The notes under the pieces: generated by a model
The model's database searches: none
Seen by the model: only the letters and a program-made list of their open reading frames with translations
What the model was told of the DNA's origin: nothing
Position numbers and translations under genes: made by a program
Part shown: piece after piece, positions 19,949 to 30,745 of the stretch
Layout: each line of letters opens with the position of its first letter
Numbering within the stretch: position 1 is the stretch's first letter
DNA from: a virus
IMG/VR virus record: IMGVR_UViG_3300028558_000018
Location: 1-64,000 of that record
Length of the DNA stretch: 64,000 nt
Direction: 5' to 3' (one strand)

Positions 19949-20475
19949 AATATATTTTTTGTTTGTTTAAAATTTGTTTAATTAATCCTCAAAAACTACT
20001 TCTTTTTGTTCTTCTCTCCAGCGTAATTGCGCCGCGAATTGTCTCTCAATCGCTTCAATGTCACTTTGCTTAACTCCATATTTAGCCCATTCATCCCGTG
20101 CCCAATGACCTTCTTCATGATACTGAGCCTCTAGGACTTTCATAAAAAGATTGCGCCAATAATTAGGATTAATTTGAGTTTTCATTTTGTAAGATAATTT
20201 TTGATTAAAGTTTCTTTAAAATCGTTGAATTCTTCTGGGTCGTAACCACTTTTAGCATAATATTTTTCAGCTAATTCATGCAAAAAGTCGTCCACGCTTT
20301 TATCGAAAATATCTGATACGTCTCCATAGTAATCTTTTGCCCCAAAAAGAGCGTTAGGAGACTCTTTTTCAATAATCATGATTTCATTAGAATAAACTCT
20401 GCGTTTTTCATGGATAAAGTTAATATTTGTGAGAGTAAATTTCTTATTTTTATCAATATTCATTGGGCAAATTGT

Positions 20476-21087
20476 TTATTTTGAGTCTATCAAGTCAAGC
20501 ATATTCTTGGGGCGTTTCTTCACTATAATATCCTCACCAATTTTTTCCTCGCTCAATACTTCTTTTACTTGTTCTTTCGCACCCAAATCTAACGTAGCCT
20601 GATTATATTGAAAACGCAGCGCGTCTTTATTAGCCCCCATATATTGAGCCAATGAAACTACTCTTGTCGGCGGAGAAAAATTGCGCCAAAAATCTAAATT
20701 CGGATATTCAACAATAAGTCTCTTCAATATATGTAATTGATTGTGTAATTGGTGGAAATCTTCACTTTTCAAAAATTCTTCTTTAACCAATCGTCTAATG
20801 ATGGTTTCTTTTTCTTTTCCCGTTAAAATCTCCTCATTGACCCAGCTAACAATTTGGTCTTCTTTGATTTCAAAATCCTGCCGCGAAAACTTCGGGCGCA
20901 CGAATATTGAGTCTAGAACTATCGAAAGAATTTTGCAATCTTTGGCGGGGCTAATTTCCACCGCATTTACTCTCACTATATCATTAATTTTCGGGATTCG
21001 TTTTGTATTCATGTTTGATTTGCTTGGGTGTATGTTCGTTGTTTTTCTTGAATTTGTCAATACTATTTTTAATTCTGGCCGCACCAC
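20476..21087 (-). CDS. hypothetical protein (true start probably downstream of annotated start)
   Basis: long ORF upstream of recA. Confidence 0.6.
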   Translation of the reverse strand: MVRPELKIVLTNSRKTTNIHPSKSNMNTKRIPKINDIVRVNAVEISPAKDCKILSIVLDSIFVRPKFSRQDFEIKEDQIVSWVNEEILTGKEKETIIRRLVKEEFLKSEDFHQLHNQLHILKRLIVEYPNLDFWRNFSPPTRVVSLAQYMGANKDALRFQYNQATLDLGAKEQVKEVLSEEKIGEDIIVKKRPKNMLDLIDSK

Positions 21088-21464
21088 CTTTTCTCCTTAT
21101 TCTCGCGGCAATAAGACTTTTTCTCCAAACATCCCCATCAATCGTCTTAAACAGCATTAATTTTAAATGCTATGCCGGAATTTGGCCACCAGATGACTTG
21201 GAAGATCGTGCTTCCATTATATTGATATTCTTCGTTGAGATTTTCGCTATTTATTAATTTTGTTAATTTTCCTTTTAATTGGTCTTCGGTGGGGATGTTT
21301 CCGCCGTGAATAATTTTCAATGCGTTGAATAACGCGATATCAACTTCTTTAAAATAGCGTTCGATGATATAATTCTGGATATTGTAAATTTTCTTATCAA
21401 TGTCTCTATACAATAGCAATTCTTGCGGCGGGGCGAAATCAAAGGTGTGCATTAATTATCTAGA

Positions 21465-21701
21465 TTATTCCATATCAACATTTTCCGCTTTCACCAATTT
21501 AACTTTCCCCGCTTTACCTACGTTAACATATTCTGGATCGCCCTCGGCCTTCGCTTCTTTATGGGCTTTCTTCCAAACACTTAACATGATAGCATAACGT
21601 TGTTTTTGATCGGGATAATCTTTGTTCATCACTTTATCCCCCATGAATTTTGTGGTAAATTCTTTGAGAGATTCTTTATCTGTGGGTTTTGGCATCGGCA
21701 T
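21465..21701 (-). CDS. hypothetical protein (MPMPKPTDKES...)
   Basis: start re-assigned to 21701, just downstream of promoter motif at 21727-21753. Confidence 0.6.
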   Translation of the reverse strand: MPMPKPTDKESLKEFTTKFMGDKVMNKDYPDQKQRYAIMLSVWKKAHKEAKAEGDPEYVNVGKAGKVKLVKAENVDME

Positions 21702-21726
21702 AGTATAATTGGGTTGAAATTGGGAT

Positions 21727-21753
21727 TTACACTTATTTTTTCTTAAAAAGAAA
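21727..21753 (-). promoter_or_regulatory. putative phage-sigma promoter TTTCTT-N15-GTGTAA
   Basis: recurrent motif. Confidence 0.5.
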
Positions 21754-21893
21754 TTATTTGACAATAAAACAATAGCTCACATTTGCCACGGCGTATCCCA
21801 AAAACATAACTGCCACAGCTATATTACCTTTATAAAACTGCTCGCCGCTGACATAGAATTGCAACACAGCCATAATAATGAGAAATTTAATAC

Positions 21894-22196
21894 TCACTTT
21901 TTATTTCGATTAAAATAATCAGTTTCAATAATCCAATCGAATTTCTTATTCGCCATTTCTAAATTAGGGTATGAAAATCCGAAAACCCCAAAATTTTCGT
22001 TCGATGGGCCATATTCAGCGGCGGGCACAATATTATTAAATAGTTTAGTTTCTTCGCGCTCTCTAATCAAAATAACATCATAAGCAACCGCACCAAGACC
22101 CTTTTCAATACTAGCCTTAGCTATCGCGACATTACCTTCGCGGCGAATTATCTTATAATGCATACCATTTTTGGCAAATTCTGTAAGTTTTTTCAT
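21894..22196 (-). CDS. hypothetical phage protein
   Basis: 100-aa ORF. Confidence 0.6.
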   Translation of the reverse strand: MKKLTEFAKNGMHYKIIRREGNVAIAKASIEKGLGAVAYDVILIREREETKLFNNIVPAAEYGPSNENFGVFGFSYPNLEMANKKFDWIIETDYFNRNKK

Positions 22197-22653
22197 AAAT
22201 TATTAATGAGTCATAGTTATATCTCTATAAGAACCCCTTATCCAGCCTTCCCGATACTCTGTAAAATCAACATAGGCGTAGTCAAATAATCTATCGTCTA
22301 TCGCAAATACTTTGTCCCTCGCCCCTTGCCTAATCTTTTCTTTAACACGTTCATCGACTTCTTTGTTATAGGCATATCCCGCGTCAATTAAAATCTTACG
22401 AATCAATTGATAATTATCAAAGGTTAATATAATTGGGTTTTCTTTCGTGCCAATTTTATTCATTTGGGAATATAAACTTTCCCGCGATTAAACCAATTTC
22501 GGGCCGTTTCTTCACTAATAGAATCATCCCATTCCCAAGAATCTTCTAAAGCTAAATAATAAAGCTCCCAACCATCGTTTTCGTTGAAAAGAATTTTTCT
22601 CGGCGATTTTCCATCTTCAAATACTATAAAATCTTTAGGCAATTCATTCATAA

Positions 22654-23049
22654 TTACTTATTTTCAAAAATATTTCCAATAACCTCAAAGCTATTCCTAT
22701 CAATATTATCTCCCATAATGCTCCAACCATAAATTTCACCATCAACGGTATATCTTCCAAAATACCAACACGCATCTTCATTATCATACCACACTGGCTC
22801 TTTTGTAAAATATTCCACCTCTGGACCATGTGGGATTCCCTTGACGATAAAATTAACCAAATCGCCTTCAAAAATTTCCACGCCGTTTTTGTCAATTAAC
22901 CCCGTAAATTGTTGAATAATATAATCGCCATTCCCTTCCGTGAGATATTTTAGCCCGCCGTCAATATGGACTAGATAATGGAGTTCGTCACCTGAATATA
23001 AATTCTTGGTTCGTTTGGAATAAATGCGAAATTTTAATATCCGGCTCAT
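22654..23049 (-). CDS. YopX family protein (copy 2)
   Basis: LKFRIY...QQFTGLIDKNGVEIFEGDLV...EVIGNIFEN. Confidence 0.85.
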   Translation of the reverse strand: MSRILKFRIYSKRTKNLYSGDELHYLVHIDGGLKYLTEGNGDYIIQQFTGLIDKNGVEIFEGDLVNFIVKGIPHGPEVEYFTKEPVWYDNEDACWYFGRYTVDGEIYGWSIMGDNIDRNSFEVIGNIFENK

Positions 23050-23441
23050 TTAGTTAATAGTTCTGGGTTTTCATGGATATTACCGATAATTTTCTTATCT
23101 CTGATAACGGTAAATGAAGCACATGGCCAATTATCATCATTTGTTAAAATAACATATTCTGAATCTTCAAATCTTACGTCCCCCATTAATTCAAATTCAT
23201 GATTATCTACATTTTTAGCAAAACATTTAATAATATCCCCTTCGTAAATCTCCTCCCCGTTCATATCTTTCGAGTCAGTTGAATGCTCAACGGCCCAGCC
23301 ATCGCGAAAAGGAACTTCAAACGGAAACCTATGATCACCGCTGACGAAATAGAGCGTCCCATTAATTTTCTCAACGGTGTATTTTTTCAGCCCAAAACCA
23401 TTAAAATTGTGCCAAGCGCGGAATTTAGGAAGGTTACTCAT
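23046..23441 (-). CDS. YopX family protein (copy 3)
   Basis: KFRAW...KDMNGEEIYEGDII...IIGNIHENPELL. Confidence 0.85.
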   Translation of the reverse strand: MSNLPKFRAWHNFNGFGLKKYTVEKINGTLYFVSGDHRFPFEVPFRDGWAVEHSTDSKDMNGEEIYEGDIIKCFAKNVDNHEFELMGDVRFEDSEYVILTNDDNWPCASFTVIRDKKIIGNIHENPELLTK

Positions 23442-23723
23442 AATTAATAAAATTCCCGTTTAAATTTAAAACTTTTACCAAGAAAATCTTTTTCAAATGC
23501 TTTATCGGTGTTAACAAATTCCCCTCTGGAACTCGCCCAAATATTTTTATAATTAACCCGCGCAAATTCAAACGAAGGACATTCACCTTTCGTCCAAGGG
23601 TGATAAAGTAGTCCAATATCGCCCTCTCTAGAGATTAAAATTGCATTAATAATTTCGCCACCGTTTAAATTTCCAAATCCGCGATTATTAACTTTATATT
23701 TAACTATTTTATACTTTTTCATA

Positions 23724-24227
23724 TCACAGAGTCTTGCAAAATTTTCTTAGTTTGTCAAGACCATTTTTCGCGCCAAGATTATATACCGGAATCTTAAAAT
23801 GCTTCGCCAACCTCAGACATTGCGCAGTTCCTCCAACCATTTCGCCACCCTCAGTCCACGCGATAATAAATTCCGATAAAGGTTTATTATTTATTCCGCA
23901 TTGGCAAGTATTTCGGGCCATAAGTTGTCTCGCCCCCAATTTTAGCCCGTCCCAATTTGGGTGAAACTCTTTGGCTAAATCCCAATCAGCTTGTTTCCAG
24001 AGAAGTTTGCTTTTATTGTCGTTAAAACCCAACCAAGGAAGCCAAATTTCTTTTTCTCCGTTAGCTTCATCATAACTTTGCTCCCAAAAAGAATCGGCCC
24101 CAGTCGCGCCGCCAGAACGCAAAACATATCCTTTTTTAACTAGAAATGGGGCAATTTTGCGAACTATTTCTTTATAAGATTCTGGTGCGGAACGACTTCC
24201 AATACCCGCAAAATATTTTTTATCCAT
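23724..24227 (-). CDS. SLOG/DprA-Smf-like nucleotide-binding protein
   Basis: AGIGSR, LRSGGATGAD, ARN, GGTAQ, IPVYNL. Confidence 0.75.
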   Translation of the reverse strand: MDKKYFAGIGSRSAPESYKEIVRKIAPFLVKKGYVLRSGGATGADSFWEQSYDEANGEKEIWLPWLGFNDNKSKLLWKQADWDLAKEFHPNWDGLKLGARQLMARNTCQCGINNKPLSEFIIAWTEGGEMVGGTAQCLRLAKHFKIPVYNLGAKNGLDKLRKFCKTL

Positions 24228-24434
24228 AATTTTAATTCCATTTTTCTTCCCAGCTAAAAATACGAAGACTATTTAGCTCAACTCTATGATTGTTAAATTT
24301 ATCAAACTTTTTCATTAACGCAAATTTTCCTTCTTCGCAAGCAGAAATCCAACGGTTGAACGTAATTTGGCTTTCCTCGGGAATTAAATAGGCGTGGGAA
24401 TCGTTGTCAAAAACAATAATGTGGGGAATTTTAT

Positions 24435-24935
24435 TCATTTAATCATTTGGAGTCCAAAATTACTTCCCTTTTTACCAAATGTAAACCCGCCCGTTACTTT
24501 CCCATAATGCATAAGCTTAATAATACTCCCAAAGTCTGATAAAAACACTGAATAGGTTCTATCATCCTTGACGCTCTTGAGAGTAAAATATGCCGCGCTC
24601 CGACCTCTTGAATAAGTTTCGTAAATTAAAGTATCCTCAAAAATATAATTATCTACTTCAATATACCCATTAATTTCTGCAATTACATCTTTGACCCCAG
24701 TTTTATTATGATCCCAACGAGTTACTTTAGGTTCCGCGAGTTCTTTTACTTCGCTTTGAAAAAATATCTTTTTAAAAGTTTCCGGCGCACCCCAGTTATG
24801 ATGTTTTACATACCAAAAACCGTCTTCGTGAAGATTTTCCGCCTTTAGCTCAATAGGGTAGCCCTCGGGATAATGGAGTTGATTACCATAAATATCAAAG
24901 GGGATTTTGCCCACATAATGTTTTGATTTAGCCAT
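24435..24935 (-). CDS. hypothetical phage protein
   Basis: 166-aa ORF. Confidence 0.65.
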   Translation of the reverse strand: MAKSKHYVGKIPFDIYGNQLHYPEGYPIELKAENLHEDGFWYVKHHNWGAPETFKKIFFQSEVKELAEPKVTRWDHNKTGVKDVIAEINGYIEVDNYIFEDTLIYETYSRGRSAAYFTLKSVKDDRTYSVFLSDFGSIIKLMHYGKVTGGFTFGKKGSNFGLQMIK

Positions 24936-24937
24936 AA

Positions 24938-26080
24938 TTATTCGTAATTTCTGATTAACATATCTGTGTAAGGAATTAATGGAACGCCATAAGAACTATA
25001 TTCCTGAAAATCAACTGTAATCATTTCCCCTTTATACTTTTCTTTTTCGTTAAATACTTTCCTCAAGTGCTCCCGTTCTCCTTTGATGTTACTTTTAAAT
25101 CTATCGGTTCTTTTCCCGTTAGGGAGTTTACACCATACCGCTTTCGCACAACCCTTCCAGTCCGCGTCTCCTTCTTCGATTTCAATTACTTCGAATTCCG
25201 CAGATTCGGATTTTTTGAATTTCAGCAAATCTTTTGTGCGAGAATGTTGATAACTTGCTTTGGGGTTTCTAATGATAACGCCCTCTCCTCCAGTAGCTAC
25301 ATATTTATTAAAACGTTCCTCCATAGCTTTAAACGAATAAAGTCTATCCCAATTAACACATTTAATATATTTAAATTTATTCGCTTTAATAAAAGCCTCC
25401 AAATGTGTTCTACGATCAAGCCCATTGTCTTCTTTTTTAATTCCCCAAAATCCGTAGCCATCATAAAGATGATATTCGACCATTCTTTTACTTTCCGCAA
25501 GTAATTCGGGTGTAATATCTTTTTCTTTCCTAACTACCGAAACAATTTCTGCAATTTTATCTAATTGAGTAACATAGGCGAAATTAAATAATTCTCCGTG
25601 GAAAAATGCCTCGGGAAACTTTTCAATAATAATCTCCAATTCTTGTTTAATATGAGGAATAGCAAAAAACTCTTCATTTTCACGACTGAATGCCCCCTTT
25701 TTGGTTATTTGGCAACAAATTCCATTAAGTTTGTCATCAACGATTTGTCCGTCTTCCCATTTTACCTTATCAATATATTTCTTACACGGTTTGGCTAATT
25801 GAGGTTCTAGATAACCCTTATCGACATCTTTAATATCCTCGAAATAATTAGATTTAAGTTGTTTAACAATTAGCGCATCAACTTCTAATTTAGCCTGTTC
25901 TTCCGGCGTTGTTTCGTTGGCTTTATTAATATTTTTCGCTTTCGCCTCAGTAAATGCGGTTGTGACAATCTTACCATCTAGCAAACCGTGATGTTGACGA
26001 TATTTCGCGCCGTCAATTTCTACTGACCAAACGCGAATTTTCCCCTTGGAATCTCGTGAATATAATTTTGGATAGTTCAT
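24938..26080 (-). CDS. ATP-dependent DNA ligase
   Basis: KLNG adenylation motif, HGELF, EGVIIR, LLKFK. Confidence 0.85.
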   Translation of the reverse strand: MNYPKLYSRDSKGKIRVWSVEIDGAKYRQHHGLLDGKIVTTAFTEAKAKNINKANETTPEEQAKLEVDALIVKQLKSNYFEDIKDVDKGYLEPQLAKPCKKYIDKVKWEDGQIVDDKLNGICCQITKKGAFSRENEEFFAIPHIKQELEIIIEKFPEAFFHGELFNFAYVTQLDKIAEIVSVVRKEKDITPELLAESKRMVEYHLYDGYGFWGIKKEDNGLDRRTHLEAFIKANKFKYIKCVNWDRLYSFKAMEERFNKYVATGGEGVIIRNPKASYQHSRTKDLLKFKKSESAEFEVIEIEEGDADWKGCAKAVWCKLPNGKRTDRFKSNIKGEREHLRKVFNEKEKYKGEMITVDFQEYSSYGVPLIPYTDMLIRNYE

Positions 26081-26877
26081 TAAATTTTCTTATTTTTGAA
26101 CGTAATTTCATATGTATTATCCACGAATTCTAACCTTGCATCATCAAAAATCGCGGGGTATTTATCCTTAACAATTTGATAAATTTGATTAAATACCTCT
26201 CTAATTTCCCATTCTGCGTGACGCGCCGTGCGTAATTCAATCAAATGGCGAAGCGAGCGTAAATTAAGAGAGAAACCAATTTCGTTAGCCTGTCCATTTG
26301 GAAGCATTCGCCGCATAGCAGAAGTTAGTTTTTTCTTTTTGTCAAAAGATTTTTCCCCCGCAATATTTAACTGTGTTTCCAGTCGTTTATACCAATTTTC
26401 AAGATAATCTCGCGCCTCTTCCACTAAATCATAAGCAGGCTCTAGAATTGGGTCAATTACAACTTTTAGCTCATCATTACGGACATAACGCCCCGAAGTT
26501 TGAGAATATGCGCTGCCCACCCTATGCCGCACCAATTCGTGGGTAAATACTCTTGAAACATCCCGCGCCACGAAATTAATTTGCGCGTGCTCGAAAACCG
26601 AACCATGCCCAGAATCCACGGTGCCAATAATATTATCGTAAATTGCGCGAATTTTTGAAATATTCTTATTTTTGCCTAATGATAATGATGCGTAACAAAG
26701 TTTGGCATAAAAAGAACAGAGAATTTCGCCATCGCTCAGGTTATTGTCTTTCGCGGCTTGGACTTCATCTAAGAATTCAATTTGGTCGGTATCCTCTAAA
26801 TATTGAGTGAGTCCCGAAAGATTAATTGAAGTATATCCCGTAAGATATACCATAGGTTTAACAAAGTTTTTATTCAT
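26080..26877 (-). CDS. thyX: FAD-dependent thymidylate synthase
   Basis: GHGSVFEH, RHRVGSAYSQTSGRY motif, AEWEIR. Confidence 0.95.
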   Translation of the reverse strand: MNKNFVKPMVYLTGYTSINLSGLTQYLEDTDQIEFLDEVQAAKDNNLSDGEILCSFYAKLCYASLSLGKNKNISKIRAIYDNIIGTVDSGHGSVFEHAQINFVARDVSRVFTHELVRHRVGSAYSQTSGRYVRNDELKVVIDPILEPAYDLVEEARDYLENWYKRLETQLNIAGEKSFDKKKKLTSAMRRMLPNGQANEIGFSLNLRSLRHLIELRTARHAEWEIREVFNQIYQIVKDKYPAIFDDARLEFVDNTYEITFKNKKI

Positions 26878-26880
26878 AAA

Positions 26881-27414
26881 TTATGCAGAAATCGAAAAGT
26901 CATTAAATAAACGTTTTAGTGCTTCTGCTTCTAATTTCGCTCCAGTGAGAGCATTATGAGGTTTAACCTCTGGAGAAAGTCCAACCTTAGTTAGCACACC
27001 ATCAAGACTTAACGACTCTCTATATTTCGCAAACGCAATAGAATGTAAATCAATTGAGCGATATCCAAAAATCCACTTTTGTTTTGCAGTTCTATTTAGC
27101 GCCTCAAGGAATTTAATATCAAAACTTCCTACTTGTTGGCCAGCAATAATAGGATTGGGATAAAGCGTCGCCCAAGACAGAAATTTTAAATATAGTTCAT
27201 GCGGCAGGGGCTTGCTTGGATCGGTAATTTGTTCACGGGTAAACCCATTAACCGCAAGGGCAAAATCACTAACTACGGAGTCATCATAAATACGGCACTC
27301 GCCATAAAATTCATCTCCCGTTTCGTAATCTTTCGCCCCAATACTTACAATAACATTTTCGTCGGGAACTAGCCCCGTGGTTTCTACATCTGTAACGATA
27401 ATTGAGTTTGTCAT
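26881..27414 (-). CDS. DEDDh 3'-5' exonuclease (DnaQ/oligoribonuclease-like)
   Basis: DVETTG, FDIKFL, HNAL. Confidence 0.85.
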   Translation of the reverse strand: MTNSIIVTDVETTGLVPDENVIVSIGAKDYETGDEFYGECRIYDDSVVSDFALAVNGFTREQITDPSKPLPHELYLKFLSWATLYPNPIIAGQQVGSFDIKFLEALNRTAKQKWIFGYRSIDLHSIAFAKYRESLSLDGVLTKVGLSPEVKPHNALTGAKLEAEALKRLFNDFSISA

Positions 27415-28815
27415 AAATTATTTAGTGCGATTGATTTTAGGTTGCCCAAACGCCCCCTTTTGCGCCCCGCGATTCTTTTTAGTCCGCTTACGCCCAAACA
27501 TTTGTTGGCGAATAATCTTTTGCGCAATTTCCATTCCACGATTAAACTCGTCCTGATCTTCTTGGGAGGGTAAATTTTGAATCTTTTCAGGGATATTATC
27601 CACGATTTCTGGGAGATTATTATCTTTATTTTCCATATTATTAAATTATTTCGCTGTCCTTTGATATTTCTTTATTCGAATCTTCTACAAACTGCGCAAA
27701 AGCATCTTCGAGAATCTTCACCGCCCAAATATTTAAACTCGTTGGCGGATCATAGTCAAGGGAAAAAAGTATATTTTTAGAATTTCCCTCGTTATCTAAT
27801 TCTTCTGTAAGACTCTCGCCCCAAATATAACAATTAGGAGGCAATCCGGCTTCAAAAGCCAACTCAACGGCGATTTGATGTAATGTGTAAATTTCTCCAA
27901 TTGATTCGGAGGTTAATTTTTGCGGATCAATTTTATGCGCAAATACGAATTTAGTATTGGGGTCGCCTAAATTAATCTTTTCCCACCGATTCTTGGTGAC
28001 TCTATTGATAATTTCTCCCAATAGCGAATCTAAAACTAACTTACCTTGGTTATAAACAATTTTTGTTTTCATTTTTTTTAATATTACTCAATTTGCTCTG
28101 ATTCGTCAAAAATATCAGTGGTTGAATATGGTTGATCGGCGCAATAATCATTATAATTGTCCCATGCGGCTTTAATTTCTTTTAAAGTATGAAATCTTGC
28201 GTCACCGAAGTCACCTGTGCCGCTGAATTGTATAGAAACGTATTTCGCGCCGCCCTTTCTCGTCCAAGGGTAAAGCCAAAGAACGGAATCACCATAATAA
28301 GGAAATTCAATACCTAATCTATCAAAAAATAAATTATATTTATAGCCGAAGAAGCCATTTAATCTGGCACGAATAAATCTAATTAGTAAAAAATTCATAA
28401 TTTAATCTTTATTACGCAAACGCGCCAATCTTGTTATTCTCTCTAATTCTTTTTCCGCAATTAATTTGTTATAACTCGCCAACAACCATTGGACACATTC
28501 TAAAGTCGTCATTTCATCATCTTGGGCAAACTCACCGACGCAACTACAAATTTGACCCAACATGGAAGAATTGGACTCTAATTCTTTTAACCTTTCTTCG
28601 GTTATTTGTAACATATTAAGGCTTATCCAATGCTAATTTCCGTTTTAACCGAATAAACTCTTTCTCTAGAATCGCTCACAACTCGATAATTTTCCATACG
28701 AATATTTATAATATTTACACCATATTCGATAATAAACTCATTGAGCATTTTTTTAATAGATTCCTCTAGTTCTTCTTTTTTCTTGGCGAATTCTTCTATT
28801 GTAATATTTTGCATA

Positions 28816-29538
28816 TTAGGATTTATTGAGTTCGAGAATACACGTATCTATCATAGTTCCCTCGCTTTTGAAAGCTGGACCTTCGATTTGATGGACTTTA
28901 TAATCTTTGTCACTCAACCATTTATAAAATTTGGGGTTCGGATTCGCAGGGAGAACAAATACTAGCTTACCGCCGCTTTTGAGAAAATCATATGCGTGAT
29001 AAGTGTGTTTCATCCAAAGATTCTTATGGTAAGGAGGATTCCCAACTACAACATCATATGATTCTGGCGCGAATTTTAAGAAATCAGTAATGATGACTTC
29101 TTTCCGCGCAACCCTATCTTTAATTTCATCATCTTTGATATCAAGTCCTAGAATAATCTCCGCGCCTTGTTTCTCGCATTCGTCAATAACTCGCCCATCC
29201 CCGCAACTTGGCTCTAAAACTGTTTTACCACAAACATTGGCGATTTTAACAATTCTTTCGACTAGCCATTGAGGAGTGTAAAACGATTGGGTTAATTTTT
29301 TCTGGTCAATTAATACCCCTTTATCCACCAATAATCCCAGTTTCTCCTTTGGATTGCCGTCAAATACGTGCATTTTCAGCTTGGAATTCCATTTACCATT
29401 TAAACTTTCAAAAAGTTTGTTAATTTTGACATATAAAGCTCTATTAAGCTGAATATTTGGTAATTTAATGCCCGTATCAGTAAACTCGCATTGATCTAAA
29501 AGATCGCGAATGTCTCTATCTATAATAATATTTGCCAT
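28816..29538 (-). CDS. SAM-dependent amino-methyltransferase (probable DNA N6-adenine MTase)
   Basis: FYTP, VLEPSCGDG, VVGNPPY. Confidence 0.8.
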   Translation of the reverse strand: MANIIIDRDIRDLLDQCEFTDTGIKLPNIQLNRALYVKINKLFESLNGKWNSKLKMHVFDGNPKEKLGLLVDKGVLIDQKKLTQSFYTPQWLVERIVKIANVCGKTVLEPSCGDGRVIDECEKQGAEIILGLDIKDDEIKDRVARKEVIITDFLKFAPESYDVVVGNPPYHKNLWMKHTYHAYDFLKSGGKLVFVLPANPNPKFYKWLSDKDYKVHQIEGPAFKSEGTMIDTCILELNKS

Positions 29539-29539
29539 T

Positions 29540-30454
29540 TTATTTTAATATTTGAGTTAATTCCCCTTTATAATTTTCGACTCGCGATAATAATCTAATC
29601 CCCTTATAAAAGCCGCCATGCTTTTGAGTATTTCTTAGCCATTGTCTTCCTAAATTATTATTTTTACAAAAAATTCTCATATTATATACGTAAAAAATTT
29701 CACCATTTTCTTTTTCTAATTTAAAATACGACGCCCCACTTCTGACACCAACTTTTTTAGATTTTTCCGCTGTTAACGTCATTAAAATTTTATCGAATTC
29801 AATATTATCAATATTTTCTCGTTTATGTTGCCCTGCTACCAAATTACATATTTTTATAAAAATTTCTTGTTCAAAAACTAACTTAATTCTATTTATAGTT
29901 TTATGCACCCATTGCACGTTATCTTCCGTATAACCTCTTGATGAATCTTTCCTATCTAAAGAAGCACTTCCTTCTTTAGACTCATATTTAGTGGGAAAGG
30001 TTAATAATAAACCAGATAAGGCGCATTTTCTATTTTGCTTCAGGAATAAATCCCATAGATATTCTATATTTACTGTTACTTCAAGCCCCCTGTCTTTCGC
30101 TCCGTTTTTAATTTGAGACATGATCGACATTGGTAATTCTCCACATCCCCTCCACGTATGACTTTTATTACCAAAACTTTTTTTAGCCTCTGAGTCTTTT
30201 AAGCATTTAAAGCACCCCCTGCTATGGCGAACTTCTTTGCGAAAAATTGAGTATTTTATAATCTCCGACTCCCCACAATCACAAACGACAGAAAAACAAG
30301 GTTGTTTTTGAAACCTACCAACATATTCTATAAGTTTTAACCTTCCTAATTTCTGTCCGACTTTTGAGCGCATTCTTTCATCGAACATTCTTCGTTGCGG
30401 GTAAGTTGATTCCCCACATTTTACTATCTTCATTGTATCAAACCTTTTATTCAT
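29540..30454 (-). CDS. putative His-Me-finger homing endonuclease
   Basis: CDCG, KCALSG, SLDRKDSSRGYTEDNVQWVHKTINRIK. Confidence 0.7.
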   Translation of the reverse strand: MNKRFDTMKIVKCGESTYPQRRMFDERMRSKVGQKLGRLKLIEYVGRFQKQPCFSVVCDCGESEIIKYSIFRKEVRHSRGCFKCLKDSEAKKSFGNKSHTWRGCGELPMSIMSQIKNGAKDRGLEVTVNIEYLWDLFLKQNRKCALSGLLLTFPTKYESKEGSASLDRKDSSRGYTEDNVQWVHKTINRIKLVFEQEIFIKICNLVAGQHKRENIDNIEFDKILMTLTAEKSKKVGVRSGASYFKLEKENGEIFYVYNMRIFCKNNNLGRQWLRNTQKHGGFYKGIRLLSRVENYKGELTQILK

Positions 30455-30745
30455 ACTCTTTCTTAATATCAGCCATAGTTAAATTTCTCCTTTTGCTACT
30501 TCGTTGTCAAGCCAAACTTTGAGGCATTTTAATGAACAAAAATCCCAATTGTTATCACGGCGTAATTCATTCAAGCTAGTTGACCGTGGGACTCGGCCAA
30601 CATGGTAAAATCCACCATTATATGAGCCTCCAATTAACATTTCACCATTATCGCATACTTCTTTTCTGCAATTGTCGCAAATAGTGGTATTTGCTCCTAC
30701 GAATTGTTCTATTGTTCTTTTAATATGGGATTGAGATTTCATAAA

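Noticed and set aside
26080-26877. DNA base hypermodification via a thymidylate-synthase homologue
   Set aside because: The gene is a canonical ThyX; no hydroxymethylase or deazaguanine genes are in the window, so GTs acting on DNA is unsupported
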